Positions 21,403 through 31,678 are shown, numbered from the stretch's first letter. The stretch is 64,000 nucleotides of DNA from Chloroflexota bacterium (GCA_958295775.1 CATQHC010000002.1:653663-717662), one strand, 5' to 3'. Numbers and translations are program-made. Notes: a model not told the origin generated them from the sequence alone.

Positions 21403-21828
21403 TTAGCGCAGGACGAACGTTAGGACAACCAATACGATGACCATACCCAATGAAAGCACGCCAATCCGCGCAAGGTCGGCTCTCACATGATCAAGCTCTT
21501 GCACCGGCAATTCTACAAGCTGCGATCGCTTACGCCGCGTAGGCCAGGAAGTCTTTGCCTTTGCCGGGACAGCCGCCGGCAGCGCGGGCCCCAAATCTAC
21601 TTGCTCTTCGCGGCGGCCAGAGAGACTTGGAGCAAGCTCTTCTTTGACCGGCTCGCCGACCGCTGCGTCACTATTTGCTACATTGCCATCAGTCCGGGCG
21701 GGAATTGCACCGCCGCGCTCACGGTTTGCGCTGCGGGACCTGCCCGTTCTACGTCTCTGGCTATTCGATTTTCGTCTCTTTCGTGCCATGTGAGGGATAC
21801 CTCGCAAGACCTTTACGCACACAACCAA
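21403..21828 (-). CDS. Hypothetical Arg-rich, tail-anchored protein
   Basis: Highly basic N-terminus (RKRRKSNSQRRRTGRSRS), single C-terminal TM; start uncertain (MARKRRK at 21789 possible). Confidence 0.4.
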   Translation of the reverse strand: MVVCVKVLRGIPHMARKRRKSNSQRRRTGRSRSANRERGGAIPARTDGNVANSDAAVGEPVKEELAPSLSGRREEQVDLGPALPAAVPAKAKTSWPTRRKRSQLVELPVQELDHVRADLARIGVLSLGMVIVLVVLTFVLR

Positions 21829-22011
21829 ATCAGTCTAGACCGTCACAGGCATGTGCGCTAACTCTATGCTACATTGGCCGGAATCGCATTGTTCTCTGTG
21901 CTGCTACCACCAACTGCTTTAGCTAGAGAATCGATTGCTTGTACATTGTGGACAGACCTAATTATACCGTGTTTGGTGCGCTCCGGCACTGGAGGAAAGA
22001 CGCATGTGCGC

Positions 22012-22803
22012 CTATCCACCCAGAGCGTGGAACAGCGTGCGATAGTACTGGAGAAGTGTGAGCGGGTCGGAAGAATCCGGGATTTCTGCGCACAGCCAGC
22101 CCGGGTAGCCATCACTTTGCAGGAGCCCAAACAGCTCACGAAAGGGATAATCGCTAAAGAGTCGATTGATGTGGACGTGCCGGATCGTATCGCGGACCAA
22201 TGCATAGTTCTTCGCGATGGAACCATCCTCCACATCCTGAGGATTCGAATTCCAACACGCGAACACGTTGGGGTGATTGGCATTATCCATGATCTGGCGC
22301 ATATTCTGGGGCTCCGCAGTGTCGCGACCGTGCATTTCCACCCAGACCTCGACATTGAGGTCCTGAGCGGCAGCGCCAACCTCGCTAAGCGCCGCGCCGA
22401 TCTGCGCGAGTGTTTGCTCTTTGGGTACACCCTCAGCCAATTGCAGACCGTTTGGGCGCACCTTTATTCCCGCTGCGTCCAGATCGTGGGCGAGTTGCGC
22501 GAACTCCTTCGCGGTTTCAATGTTCTCTTGCACGATACCTTGATCGTGCGCATGAAACTCGCATGTGGTACCTAAGCCGATGATGGTAACCGGCGAATCG
22601 GCAAATTGCGCCCGCACCTCCCGGCGTTGTTGCGGCGAGAGTGAGGGTTCAACACCATGCGCATGGGTGGTACGGAGTTCGACTCCATAAATGCCGACCG
22701 CTTCACAATTTGCAAGAATTGCAGGGATGTCCCAGTCAGCCGCAATATTGTAAGTCACGATTCCCAGACGCATGGCGCTTTGGCTCCTGATGACGTGGTG
22801 CAA
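22012..22803 (-). CDS. Sugar phosphate isomerase/epimerase (xylose-isomerase-like TIM barrel)
   Basis: AP-endonuclease-2/xylose-isomerase-like TIM-barrel family pattern; start may be the internal Met (22773). Confidence 0.75.
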   Translation of the reverse strand: MHHVIRSQSAMRLGIVTYNIAADWDIPAILANCEAVGIYGVELRTTHAHGVEPSLSPQQRREVRAQFADSPVTIIGLGTTCEFHAHDQGIVQENIETAKEFAQLAHDLDAAGIKVRPNGLQLAEGVPKEQTLAQIGAALSEVGAAAQDLNVEVWVEMHGRDTAEPQNMRQIMDNANHPNVFACWNSNPQDVEDGSIAKNYALVRDTIRHVHINRLFSDYPFRELFGLLQSDGYPGWLCAEIPDSSDPLTLLQYYRTLFHALGG

Positions 22804-23157
22804 TGAAACTGTGACCTCATGCTAGCATGATTTCCTGTGACGAAACAGTTGCAACCCTTCAACCATTCTCCACGGTGAAGGCACGAAGCCAACCAAGGAA
22901 AATCGCTGCGCTGGCGCCTCACGCACCTCTCGAATCTTGAGGCAAGTTACCTTGTGGGTTGTGCAAACCGATGGGTACGTGCAAACCAACGCCCGGCATC
23001 TCTTATCCCATCGCTAGGGAGATACAATCTAGCCAATTCGTAGAAGTGCCATGGAGTGCATGTGTGACCCCCATGGGCGGGACAAGTGCGCGCGCGTTAC
23101 AATGGATATTGAGCAAACTACCATTCGTTGAGGCGCGCAGTTAGCCAAGGTCGAGCT

Positions 23158-24318
23158 GTGAAAATTGGCATCAATGCCCTTAAGCTCTATACCTCCCACG
23201 ACTATCGCAATGCCGGCATCAGCAACTACATTCGCCAGTTGACAACGAATCTTCTCGAGCAAGACAGGGACAACCACTACACCCTCTTTACGAACCACCT
23301 CATGCCGGCTTGGGAGGAGCCTACTCCGAACAATCCCACCATCGTCACCAGCCGCTTGCCGACTGCGCACCCCGTCCCGCGTATTTTCTGGGAACAGACA
23401 GCCTTGGCATGGCATACGGCACGTGGTAAACTGGATGTACTACACTGTCCGCTCAATGTAATCCCTCTCGCGGCGGCGTGTCCTACAGTTTTGACGATCC
23501 ATGACCTCACGTTCTTGCACTACCCTCGGTTGTTCCCCCGGTTGAAGCAGCGCTACCTACGGTTTTTCACGCGTCTTTCCGCACGCAATGCGGACGTGGT
23601 AGTTACGGATTCTGCGAGTACTCGAGCTGATGTCGTGAGCATGTTAGGCGTAGCGGAAGACCGCGTGCACGTCGTTTATCCTGCTGCTGACGCGGATTTT
23701 CATCCCCGCACCGATGAGGAGGCAAGCGCCTTTCGCGCAGCGAAGCGATTGCCATCCCGATATGTCCTGTATGTAGGTACCTTAGAGCCGCGCAAGAACG
23801 TGGACGTCCTGATTCGAGCATTCGGTGACGTTGTGCGCAAAGAGAAAGTCCCGCATAGCCTGGTTCTCGTTGGCGGGCATGGCTGGATGACTCAAGCGAT
23901 AGATGAGGCAATGAAAGACTCAGAAATTCACGAGCGAATCATCATGCCGGGCTATGTGCCCCGCGCGGAACTGCCTCTGTGGTATAGTAGCGCAGACTTG
24001 CTTGTCTATCCTTCTTCGTATGAGGGATTTGGCTATCCGGTGCTTGAAGCAATGGCATCGGGCACTCCCGTCATCGCGTCCAATTCCTCGTCTTTGCCGG
24101 AAATCGTCTCCGATGCCGGCCTGCTTGTGCCGCCCCGCGCGGAACAGCACCTGGCGTCGGCGATGGCAAACGTGCTCACGGACAATGCGCTTGCAGACGA
24201 ACTGCGTGAACGCGGCCTCAAGCAAGCAGCGCGTTTTTCTTGGTCTGATTCTGTACGCGTTTGCCTTGGGTTGTATCAATCCTGCGGCTCTCAAGCGCCT
24301 TCAAAGATGAATCCATGA
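23158..24318 (+). CDS. Glycosyltransferase family 4 (GTG start; longer ORF from 23128)
   Basis: GT-B fold with C-terminal EGFGYPVLEAMASGTPVIASN (EX7E region) typical of GT4. Confidence 0.85.
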   Translation: MKIGINALKLYTSHDYRNAGISNYIRQLTTNLLEQDRDNHYTLFTNHLMPAWEEPTPNNPTIVTSRLPTAHPVPRIFWEQTALAWHTARGKLDVLHCPLNVIPLAAACPTVLTIHDLTFLHYPRLFPRLKQRYLRFFTRLSARNADVVVTDSASTRADVVSMLGVAEDRVHVVYPAADADFHPRTDEEASAFRAAKRLPSRYVLYVGTLEPRKNVDVLIRAFGDVVRKEKVPHSLVLVGGHGWMTQAIDEAMKDSEIHERIIMPGYVPRAELPLWYSSADLLVYPSSYEGFGYPVLEAMASGTPVIASNSSSLPEIVSDAGLLVPPRAEQHLASAMANVLTDNALADELRERGLKQAARFSWSDSVRVCLGLYQSCGSQAPSKMNP

Positions 24319-25781
24319 TTGCTTCAATGGTGTCCCCGCCGAGACTTAAGCAACGCCACCGCGTTACGGCAAGGTTGCTCGTTGTTTTCCTTGACGTGGT
24401 ATTGGCCGGCGCGGCAGTCTACTTCTCTTGGTGGCTGCGCTATGTGATGGGAATCGGGCCGGACCTCACCGAATTTCAATACTTAGACTTTGATGTATAT
24501 CGACCTGTGCTCTTAGGGCACATTGCTCTAGTATTCTTGGCGTTTCAAATTGCGCGAGTCTACCGGCTTCAACGCTCCACAGGGCTGGTAGAAGAGCTAG
24601 GACGAATCTTCCTAGGATCAACCCTCGCGGCTTTCTTTCTCATCGCAGTCTTTTACATGTCCCGTCCCCCCGGTTTTGCCGGATATTCACGGGGTATGTT
24701 CATCTTGCTTTGGATAAACACCCCAATCATCATCAGCGCCAGTCGCTTGTTGATGCGAATCGCGGTAGACGCGCTCCGGCGACGCGGTCACCTTCTGGAG
24801 CAGCTTGTAATAGTCGGTGGCGGTATGCATGGCAAGATGATCATGCAGCAGGTGTTGACCCATCCAAGCCTTGGCTACCGACTCATCGGTTTCTTGGACG
24901 ATACCCACTTTGCCCGCGGCGCGCACTTCGGACGCATCAAGGTGCTCGGGCCTGTCGACCATCTTGCAGACGCCGTGCAGGCTTACGGAGTCGAGCGTGT
25001 CATCATTGCGTTGCCGGCAACTGAGCACCGCAACATCGCCGACATAATCGAACAATGTAAAGAGCAGCAGGTGGGCTTCAATGTGGTCCCCGATCTTTTT
25101 GAGATTCAACTCAACACAGTTGATATCGATTCTATCGGTGGCATTCCCATTATTGGGTTCAAAGACGGCGGTATTGTGGGTTGGAATTTCTACTTGAAGC
25201 GCCTGCTCGACAGTATTGTGTCCGCCGCCGTGCTCATCTTGGGTAGTCCCGTGTATCTCTTGATTGCGCTTGCCATCAAGCTGGAAGCGTCCGGTCCGGT
25301 ATTCTACACGGCGGAACGTGTGGGCCAGAACGGCAAGCCGTTCCGGATGTATAAGTTTCGTTCCATGCGCGCAGATGCGGATAAACTGCGCGCCGCGCTT
25401 GCTGACCACAATCAGGCGGACGGTCCGCTCTTCAAGATCGCCAATGACCCGCGCCGCACAAGAGTAGGCGCCTGGCTGCGAAAGCTGTCTCTCGATGAAT
25501 TGCCGCAATTCTGGAACATTCTACGCGGAGACATGAGCCTTGTGGGCCCGCGCGCTCCGCTCGCAGAAGAGGTTGCGCAGTACGAAGAGTGGCAGAAGAA
25601 ACGTCTCAGCGTAAAGCCCGGTCTAACGGGCCTGTGGCAGGTGAACGGCCGCAGCAATGTCCCGTTTGAGGAGATGGTGATGATGGATATCTACTACATC
25701 GATAACTGGTCGTTTGGCCTCGATGTCAATTTGATACTGCGCACCATTCCGGCAGTCGTGGGTCGCGACGGCGCCTATTGA
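24315..25781 (+). CDS. Undecaprenyl-phosphate sugar phosphotransferase (priming polyprenyl glycosylphosphotransferase, WbaP/CpsE-like)
   Basis: N-terminal TM segments, central Rossmann-like domain, C-terminal bacterial sugar-transferase domain; ATGA start/stop overlap with the upstream GT4. Confidence 0.85.
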   Translation: MIASMVSPPRLKQRHRVTARLLVVFLDVVLAGAAVYFSWWLRYVMGIGPDLTEFQYLDFDVYRPVLLGHIALVFLAFQIARVYRLQRSTGLVEELGRIFLGSTLAAFFLIAVFYMSRPPGFAGYSRGMFILLWINTPIIISASRLLMRIAVDALRRRGHLLEQLVIVGGGMHGKMIMQQVLTHPSLGYRLIGFLDDTHFARGAHFGRIKVLGPVDHLADAVQAYGVERVIIALPATEHRNIADIIEQCKEQQVGFNVVPDLFEIQLNTVDIDSIGGIPIIGFKDGGIVGWNFYLKRLLDSIVSAAVLILGSPVYLLIALAIKLEASGPVFYTAERVGQNGKPFRMYKFRSMRADADKLRAALADHNQADGPLFKIANDPRRTRVGAWLRKLSLDELPQFWNILRGDMSLVGPRAPLAEEVAQYEEWQKKRLSVKPGLTGLWQVNGRSNVPFEEMVMMDIYYIDNWSFGLDVNLILRTIPAVVGRDGAY

Positions 25782-26128
25782 GAGCGCTGGAGCCAGGCTC
25801 GTCCGTACACTGGCTGCATACTACTGATTGGACAACCAGGCTGGTGGGGCCGTCCGAGGAAATCTTGCGAGAGCGATGTGGCAGTGTTCAGCTATTTGGA
25901 GAGTTTTGGCGGTCGTTGGGTTTGAAGCCATGTGTGGCAATCAAGGTTTGGGCCAGAAATGAGCGCATGACTGGAACTTGCCGCTCTAACTTTGGCCCTG
26001 TTTGGAATAGACGACCGAAAGCGGATGCTTCCGGTTGTCTATTGTTCGAGTCATTTTCCCGCCCCAGTCCTGCTGGTCGTAGGCTCAGCAATAGCAGTTC
26101 CCGGCACGGGTAGAAGAGCCCTTTCGCG

Positions 26129-27232
26129 ATGCGTATTGCCATCATCCATGACTATCTCAACCAAATGGGCGGCGCCGAGAGTGTGCTGCTCACGCTCCAT
26201 GAGATTTTTCCGGACGCACCCATTTTCACTTCCTTCTACCGCCCGGAAGCAATGCCGGAAGCCTTTCGTGCACTCGATATTCGGACGACGTTTTTGCAGA
26301 AGCTTGGCGCCTTAACGCGCTACCCCCGGCACCAGAAGCTGCTTCCTCTTTACCCAATTGCCTTCGAGCAGCTTGACCTCCGCGACTTTGACATAGTCAT
26401 CAGCAATAGCAGCGCGTGGTGTAAGGGCGTAATCACGCGCGAGGACACGAGGCACATTTGCTACTGTCTCTCCCCTATGCGTTTCGCATGGAACACCCAC
26501 GAATACCTCGCGGGGGAACAAGTGGGTTGGCTGTCACGAAAGCTGCTGCCGCCACTGCTGACCTGGATTCGCGCGTGGGACGTCGCAGCAAGCACGCGCG
26601 TAGATGACTTCGTTGCGATCTCGCATGTGGTTGCGAAACGCATACGGAAATTCTATGGGCGCGAGTCTGCCATCATCTTCCCGCCGGTCGATACGGCACA
26701 GTTTTGCCCATCGGACACAATTGATGACTACTTCCTCGTAGTATCGCGGTTAGTGCCCTATAAGCGGGTTGACCTGGTGATCGAAGCCTTCAACCGGCTC
26801 CGCTTGCCGTTGCGCATCATCGGCGACGGACGCGATCGCGCCCGGTTGGAAGCAATGGCCGAGCCAAACGTGCAATTCCTTGGTTATGTCAATGATGAAG
26901 AGCGGCGGCGCCACTTTGCACAATGCCGCGCGCTGATCTTTCCGGGCGAGGAAGATTTCGGGCTGGTTCCGGTCGAAACACAGGCTTCCGGCCGACCGGT
27001 CATCGCGTACGCGGCCGGTGGGGCTCTTGATACCGTCGTAGCAGGTGAAACCGGACTTTTCTTCACTGAGCAAACGGTAGCGGCGCTCTGCGATGCAGTC
27101 ACTCGTTTTGAATCAATGTCGTTCAACCCAGAGCGCATAACCTCCCATGCCGCGGCTTTTGACACGCGCCAATTCAAGGAGAAAGTGGCGGCACTCGTTC
27201 ATTCGACCGCGGCGCGGCAATCACTGGATTAG
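26129..27232 (+). CDS. Glycosyltransferase family 4
   Basis: GT4 fold; DFGLVPVETQASGRPVIA region. Confidence 0.85.
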   Translation: MRIAIIHDYLNQMGGAESVLLTLHEIFPDAPIFTSFYRPEAMPEAFRALDIRTTFLQKLGALTRYPRHQKLLPLYPIAFEQLDLRDFDIVISNSSAWCKGVITREDTRHICYCLSPMRFAWNTHEYLAGEQVGWLSRKLLPPLLTWIRAWDVAASTRVDDFVAISHVVAKRIRKFYGRESAIIFPPVDTAQFCPSDTIDDYFLVVSRLVPYKRVDLVIEAFNRLRLPLRIIGDGRDRARLEAMAEPNVQFLGYVNDEERRRHFAQCRALIFPGEEDFGLVPVETQASGRPVIAYAAGGALDTVVAGETGLFFTEQTVAALCDAVTRFESMSFNPERITSHAAAFDTRQFKEKVAALVHSTAARQSLD

Positions 27233-27310
27233 TACGCCGGGCCAGTACGCTGGACGAGGCAGTGAATCTGCTATGATGGGGTAGTATTTAAAGCGCACTC
27301 GAATCACCAT

Positions 27311-28048
27311 ATGGGCATTCAGTACTATCTCAGAATTCTCGGAGCGAGAAGAAAACTCATTCTCAGCGTCACAGTTGTGGCGTTCATTGGGAGTGTGCTA
27401 CTGGCGCTCATCTGGCCTAACTCATTCGAATCATCGGTGAGGGTGCACGTACAGCCTCTACCCTCGCAAACGGAAGAAGTTTCCGGGCTCTATTACTCAC
27501 AAGGTTATTACCGGCAGCTCATCGCGCAGTACGAAATCGAGACCTTCTCCGAAATCGTTCAAGGTCAGGAATTCGCGTCAAGGATTTCCAAGATTGTTGC
27601 CGAGCAGTTTGGTCTGCAATTAACGGCAAAGCTGATATCAGATTCGCTGCGCAGCAACCAAAAACACCGTATCCTGGAACTTACCTTCACGAACAGCGAG
27701 GCTGAGGTCGCGCAGGCACTGGCATATGCCGCCCAGACCATTTTCGAGACCAAGGCCGGGGACTACTCTCCAAGTGTTCTTGAAGGTCTGGTAAGCGTGC
27801 AAATTGTGGATCCCGCAAGCGATCCGGAAGCTGCCTCACTAGTGCGGCTTGGGCTCGATGTCTTCGCCCGCACTCTCGTGGCATTTTTACTTATTACGGG
27901 AGTTGCGTTCGTCCTTGAGGTACAGTCGGGCTTGAGCCGGTCGCGCGAAGACATTGAGGAAACGCATAGGCTGCCGGTGCTTGCAACTATACCTTCAGTT
28001 GCTGAACCGAGAACCGAGACAACGCAAGACTCCCCCGAGACAGAATAG
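27311..28048 (+). CDS. Polysaccharide chain-length determinant (Wzz/CpsC-like, copy 1)
   Basis: N-terminal TM, periplasmic Wzz-like domain, C-terminal TM. Confidence 0.7.
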   Translation: MGIQYYLRILGARRKLILSVTVVAFIGSVLLALIWPNSFESSVRVHVQPLPSQTEEVSGLYYSQGYYRQLIAQYEIETFSEIVQGQEFASRISKIVAEQFGLQLTAKLISDSLRSNQKHRILELTFTNSEAEVAQALAYAAQTIFETKAGDYSPSVLEGLVSVQIVDPASDPEAASLVRLGLDVFARTLVAFLLITGVAFVLEVQSGLSRSREDIEETHRLPVLATIPSVAEPRTETTQDSPETE

Positions 28049-28073
28049 CAATTCCGCGCACAGGGCTTGATAG

Positions 28074-28781
28074 ATGCTTGAGATTGTTCCCCTCAGATTG
28101 CGAGACTACACCGGCGTCATACGGCGGCGGGCTTGGATTGTGTGCGTGCTCGCGCTTGTAGCCGCGGTCAGCGCGTATGCCTATAGCAACCGCCAGCAGC
28201 CCGTCTACCAAGCCGGGGTCAGTGTTTCGGTTACCCCGAATGTCATTGAGTACTGGACCATTCAAGCCGTAGAGCGTCTGCTCAACACCTATGTAGACCG
28301 AGTGCGTACCTGGGAAGTCGCGGAACGTGTGGTCACGAATAGCCAGCTCGATGTGCCGCCAGGCAGTGTGCTCGGCGACCTAAGGATAGTTGTCGTGCCA
28401 GCCAGCTACAAGGTGATCATCCAGGCCGAGAGTTCCTCGCCACAGCAAGCAGTTGCTGTTGTCAATGGCTTTGCACACGAACTGGTGGAGTTAGCGGAGT
28501 CCGAGCAGAGCAGCGGCCCAGGCGGGGACATTTTTCTGCGCGCTCGCGTGCTCGACCCTGCAAGCAGCGCCGGGCAGATCGCGCCGCGCGTTCGCTTCAA
28601 TGTGGCGGTAGCGCTAGTACTTGGCTTCATGGCCGGCTTGCTATTGGCGCTGGCAATCGAATTTCTGGACACACGCGTCCGCCTTAGGGAAGAACCGGAG
28701 CAATTGCTCGACGCTCTCACAATCGGGTGCATTCCACGCATAGCTGGCGCTGGACTTGCATCCAAAGACCAGGCAACGTAG
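28074..28781 (+). CDS. Polysaccharide chain-length determinant (Wzz/CpsC-like, copy 2)
   Basis: Same two-TM Wzz-like topology as the previous ORF; complete second copy rather than a split gene. Confidence 0.65.
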   Translation: MLEIVPLRLRDYTGVIRRRAWIVCVLALVAAVSAYAYSNRQQPVYQAGVSVSVTPNVIEYWTIQAVERLLNTYVDRVRTWEVAERVVTNSQLDVPPGSVLGDLRIVVVPASYKVIIQAESSSPQQAVAVVNGFAHELVELAESEQSSGPGGDIFLRARVLDPASSAGQIAPRVRFNVAVALVLGFMAGLLLALAIEFLDTRVRLREEPEQLLDALTIGCIPRIAGAGLASKDQAT

Positions 28782-28821
28782 TTTACATGAGACCGTTTTA
28801 TGTTATAGGGCAACAATCACT

Positions 28822-29481
28822 ATGACGGTACCTTCAGTTCCGCTTCCAACACTACACGAGCCGGTAAGTCCCGCAGCCGAGGCCTTCCGTGCGTTGCGCA
28901 ACACCATACGTTTCCAAGCTGAAGCTCACGCGCAAAAGACACTGCTGGTGACGAGCGCAGGACCGCAAGAAGGCAAGAGCCTTGTGTCTGCCAACCTTGC
29001 TTCCGCGCTGGCGCAGATGGGTCTCCACGTGGCACTCGTGGACGCAAATCTGCGCACTCCCAGCCTGCACACCGCTTTTGACGTATCACAAGAACCGGGC
29101 CTCGCCGACCACTTGGAGCATACGGAGAGCGCTCCTCAGTTCCATGAGAATTGCGGCGCGAAAGGTTTGAGTCTGCTTACTGCCGGGACGGTGCCTGAAA
29201 ACGCGCCCGAATTGCTCGCTTCCCGCCTAATGGCCGACTTAGTCGCGGAGCTTGCGCTCAGGAGCGACCATGTAATCTTGGATACACCGCCGCTTCTGCT
29301 GGCGGCAGACGCCGCCGCAATGGCACGCTGCGTTGATGGCGTGCTGCTTGTTGTACGTGCCAACCAGACCCGCCGCAACCAAGTCCAGCGCGCCAAGACG
29401 ATGCTCTCACAAGTCGGCGCACACGTACTCGGTATAGTCTTCAACGATGATCCCAATGCCACCAAATCATTCATTGGGTAG
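28822..29481 (+). CDS. Tyrosine-protein kinase (BY-kinase, CpsD/CapB-like P-loop ATPase)
   Basis: Walker A-like TSAGPQEGKS, Walker A' VALVDANLR, Walker B VILDTPPLL; follows the Wzz-like genes. Confidence 0.8.
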   Translation: MTVPSVPLPTLHEPVSPAAEAFRALRNTIRFQAEAHAQKTLLVTSAGPQEGKSLVSANLASALAQMGLHVALVDANLRTPSLHTAFDVSQEPGLADHLEHTESAPQFHENCGAKGLSLLTAGTVPENAPELLASRLMADLVAELALRSDHVILDTPPLLLAADAAAMARCVDGVLLVVRANQTRRNQVQRAKTMLSQVGAHVLGIVFNDDPNATKSFIG

Positions 29482-30691
29482 CTGGTGGCGCTGTAAGGCA
29501 AGCCTCGTTCTTGCGATCTGCCTTACCCTCCTTGGCGTTCCACCGGCATTCGCAAGCACGAACGCCGCTCCTGCCGCTACCACCCACGTGCCAAATCAGG
29601 GGTTCTACAGCGAGGTCGCCGGATACGGTGAAGGATTCGGTTTCGTGGTCCGCGATTTCCCCGATGGACCTCAGTTCTATTCCGTATTCTTGGCACTTGG
29701 CGGGACTGTCGCTCTGGGCTACCCAGTCGCTTCTGCATACACTGACGAAGCTACCGGCGACATGTATATGCCCTTGCAGCGAGGGCTGCTGGTGTGGCAT
29801 AAGGCAACCGACCAGATTTCGCTTGCCAATGTATTCGAGTTGCTCGATAACCAGGGGCTGGAGCAGTGGCTGTACGACCGGGGCATTCCGCGAGCAATCA
29901 AGGATGACGGTGGGTCTAGCTTTGCGGAGTCGCGCGCGATTCGTCTCTCCTGGCTAACCGATCGAGGAATCTCTGATCGATTCTTGCAGAATCCGCTGGA
30001 TCCCGGGAACATAGAACTATCAATTTTACTGTATGGGCTGCCCATGTCCCGGCCGGAGCGCATTGGCCCCTTTGTCATCCAGCGCTTCCAACGGACAGCC
30101 ATTCAGCGCTGGGTCGAAGCAGTACCGGGCCTCCCTGTGCCCGGCACGGTGACGCAAGTGTTTGCCGGTGACATTTACAAAGAAGCCAATCTTATCCCCA
30201 TGGAAGCATTCCGCCCATTGCCTAATCCGTCCTATACGTTTGACGACACGTTGCGTGCCGACATACGCAATCTCCTCGCCCAACACGAGGCTACGGCCCA
30301 CTTGGTGTCCCATCTCGACAACGCCATAATCGGCTATTCGCCGGACTTGCTGGACACCGCGGCGGTGCGCGTGGGTAATTGGGTGCTTATCTACCTGCAC
30401 CCTGCCCTCCGGGAGGCACGCTACGAGGCCATCGCGGCAGTGCTCGCCCACTTGGCTACGTACCTAAGAGCCCAGTCCCTTGCGCCCGTGCCTTTGGAGA
30501 ATACCCGCGAAACATGTAAGCAGCTCGTTTCAGAAGGTCTGCGCACCGAAGCGGCGTTTTGGCAAGCGCTATGGGGTGCTGAAGGCACGTATAATGCAAA
30601 GGCGTATGAGGAGATTCTGAACGGCTACGTTAAGGACTCCCAGGTTTCAGCAAGTTGGGCGGACTCAATTGCAGAGATTCACTGCACCTAG
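29447..30691 (+). CDS. Secreted hypothetical protein (~400 aa)
   Basis: Predicted signal peptide (LVLAICLTLLGVPPAFAST); no recognisable catalytic motif; start uncertain. Confidence 0.45.
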   Translation: MIPMPPNHSLGSWWRCKASLVLAICLTLLGVPPAFASTNAAPAATTHVPNQGFYSEVAGYGEGFGFVVRDFPDGPQFYSVFLALGGTVALGYPVASAYTDEATGDMYMPLQRGLLVWHKATDQISLANVFELLDNQGLEQWLYDRGIPRAIKDDGGSSFAESRAIRLSWLTDRGISDRFLQNPLDPGNIELSILLYGLPMSRPERIGPFVIQRFQRTAIQRWVEAVPGLPVPGTVTQVFAGDIYKEANLIPMEAFRPLPNPSYTFDDTLRADIRNLLAQHEATAHLVSHLDNAIIGYSPDLLDTAAVRVGNWVLIYLHPALREARYEAIAAVLAHLATYLRAQSLAPVPLENTRETCKQLVSEGLRTEAAFWQALWGAEGTYNAKAYEEILNGYVKDSQVSASWADSIAEIHCT

Positions 30692-30703
30692 CTGAGGCTA
30701 CCA

Positions 30704-31678
30704 ATGTGGCAATCGATAGGACACGAACGAGTTCAGCGATTCCTGCAACGCGCGATTGCGCGAGGCTCACTGGGACATGCCGTACTCTTTGCTGGGCCGG
30801 AATCAGTGGGGAAACAGACGCTCGCTTTCGACCTTACCGCTGCGCTCCTCTGCAGCAGGCAGCCACACGATCCCTGCTGGGAGTGTAGAGACTGCAAAGG
30901 AATTGTGCGGCAGCAACACCCGGACTTTCACCTCGTGCAATTGGAGGAAGGCCGCAAATCGATTCGCATGGATCAAGTTGCAGCCTTGCAGAGAGCGGTA
31001 TCCCTCCGCCCATATCAGGCGCCGCAACGCGTTTCGCTCATCCTCGATGCGCATCTCTTGCAGCCTGAAGCGAGCCAGCGCCTCTTGAAGACTTTGGAAG
31101 AACCTCCTCCGCACAATACCTTGATCCTCACGGCAGCTTCCATGCACCTGCTGCCGCAAACTCTGCTCTCTCGCTGCCAAGTCTTGCGCCTCACGGCACT
31201 CCCCCGCCGGCGCGTACAAACTGCGCTGGAGCAGCGAGGCGTTCCGCAAGAAAGTGCCGCATTCCTGGCCGCGGCAAGCTTGGGCCGGCTTGGTTGGGCG
31301 ATCACTGCGAGCATGCGCCCGGAACTACGCGAGCAGGAAGAGGCACTGGTCCAAGCGCTCGTCCGCACTCTCCAAGCCGACCGTGCGGCACGCACCGCCC
31401 TGGTGGAAGAATTGCTGGATGAGGTCTCAGACGTCGACCGGCTATTCGATCTCTGGTGCGAGTGGTGGCGTTCATATCTCTTGCATCAGTTAGGCGTGCA
31501 GGATGGATTGGATGGCGACAGCAGCGCATTTGGCAGTGAGGTCGGTTTCGACATTCCTCTTCAGGACGTCTCAACCGCAATCAAGCGGATCAATGAGGCC
31601 CGCGAATGGATACGAGCTAACGTCAATGTCCGTCTTGCCCTCGAAACCCTGGTCCTGCACCTTCCGGAAGCCTCTTGA
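30704..31678 (+). CDS. holB: DNA polymerase III subunit delta'
   Basis: AAA+ clamp-loader fold with degenerate P-loop GPESVGKQTLA and zinc module CSRQPHDPCWECRDC typical of delta-prime. Confidence 0.8.
   Translation: MWQSIGHERVQRFLQRAIARGSLGHAVLFAGPESVGKQTLAFDLTAALLCSRQPHDPCWECRDCKGIVRQQHPDFHLVQLEEGRKSIRMDQVAALQRAVSLRPYQAPQRVSLILDAHLLQPEASQRLLKTLEEPPPHNTLILTAASMHLLPQTLLSRCQVLRLTALPRRRVQTALEQRGVPQESAAFLAAASLGRLGWAITASMRPELREQEEALVQALVRTLQADRAARTALVEELLDEVSDVDRLFDLWCEWWRSYLLHQLGVQDGLDGDSSAFGSEVGFDIPLQDVSTAIKRINEAREWIRANVNVRLALETLVLHLPEAS

Noticed and set aside
21874-22575. 233-aa plus-strand ORF opposite the sugar isomerase
   Set aside because: The minus-strand gene has the TIM-barrel isomerase pattern; the plus-strand ORF has none.
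24687-25508. 273-aa minus-strand ORF inside the phosphoglycosyltransferase gene
   Set aside because: Antisense artefact; the plus-strand product has clear sugar-transferase motifs.
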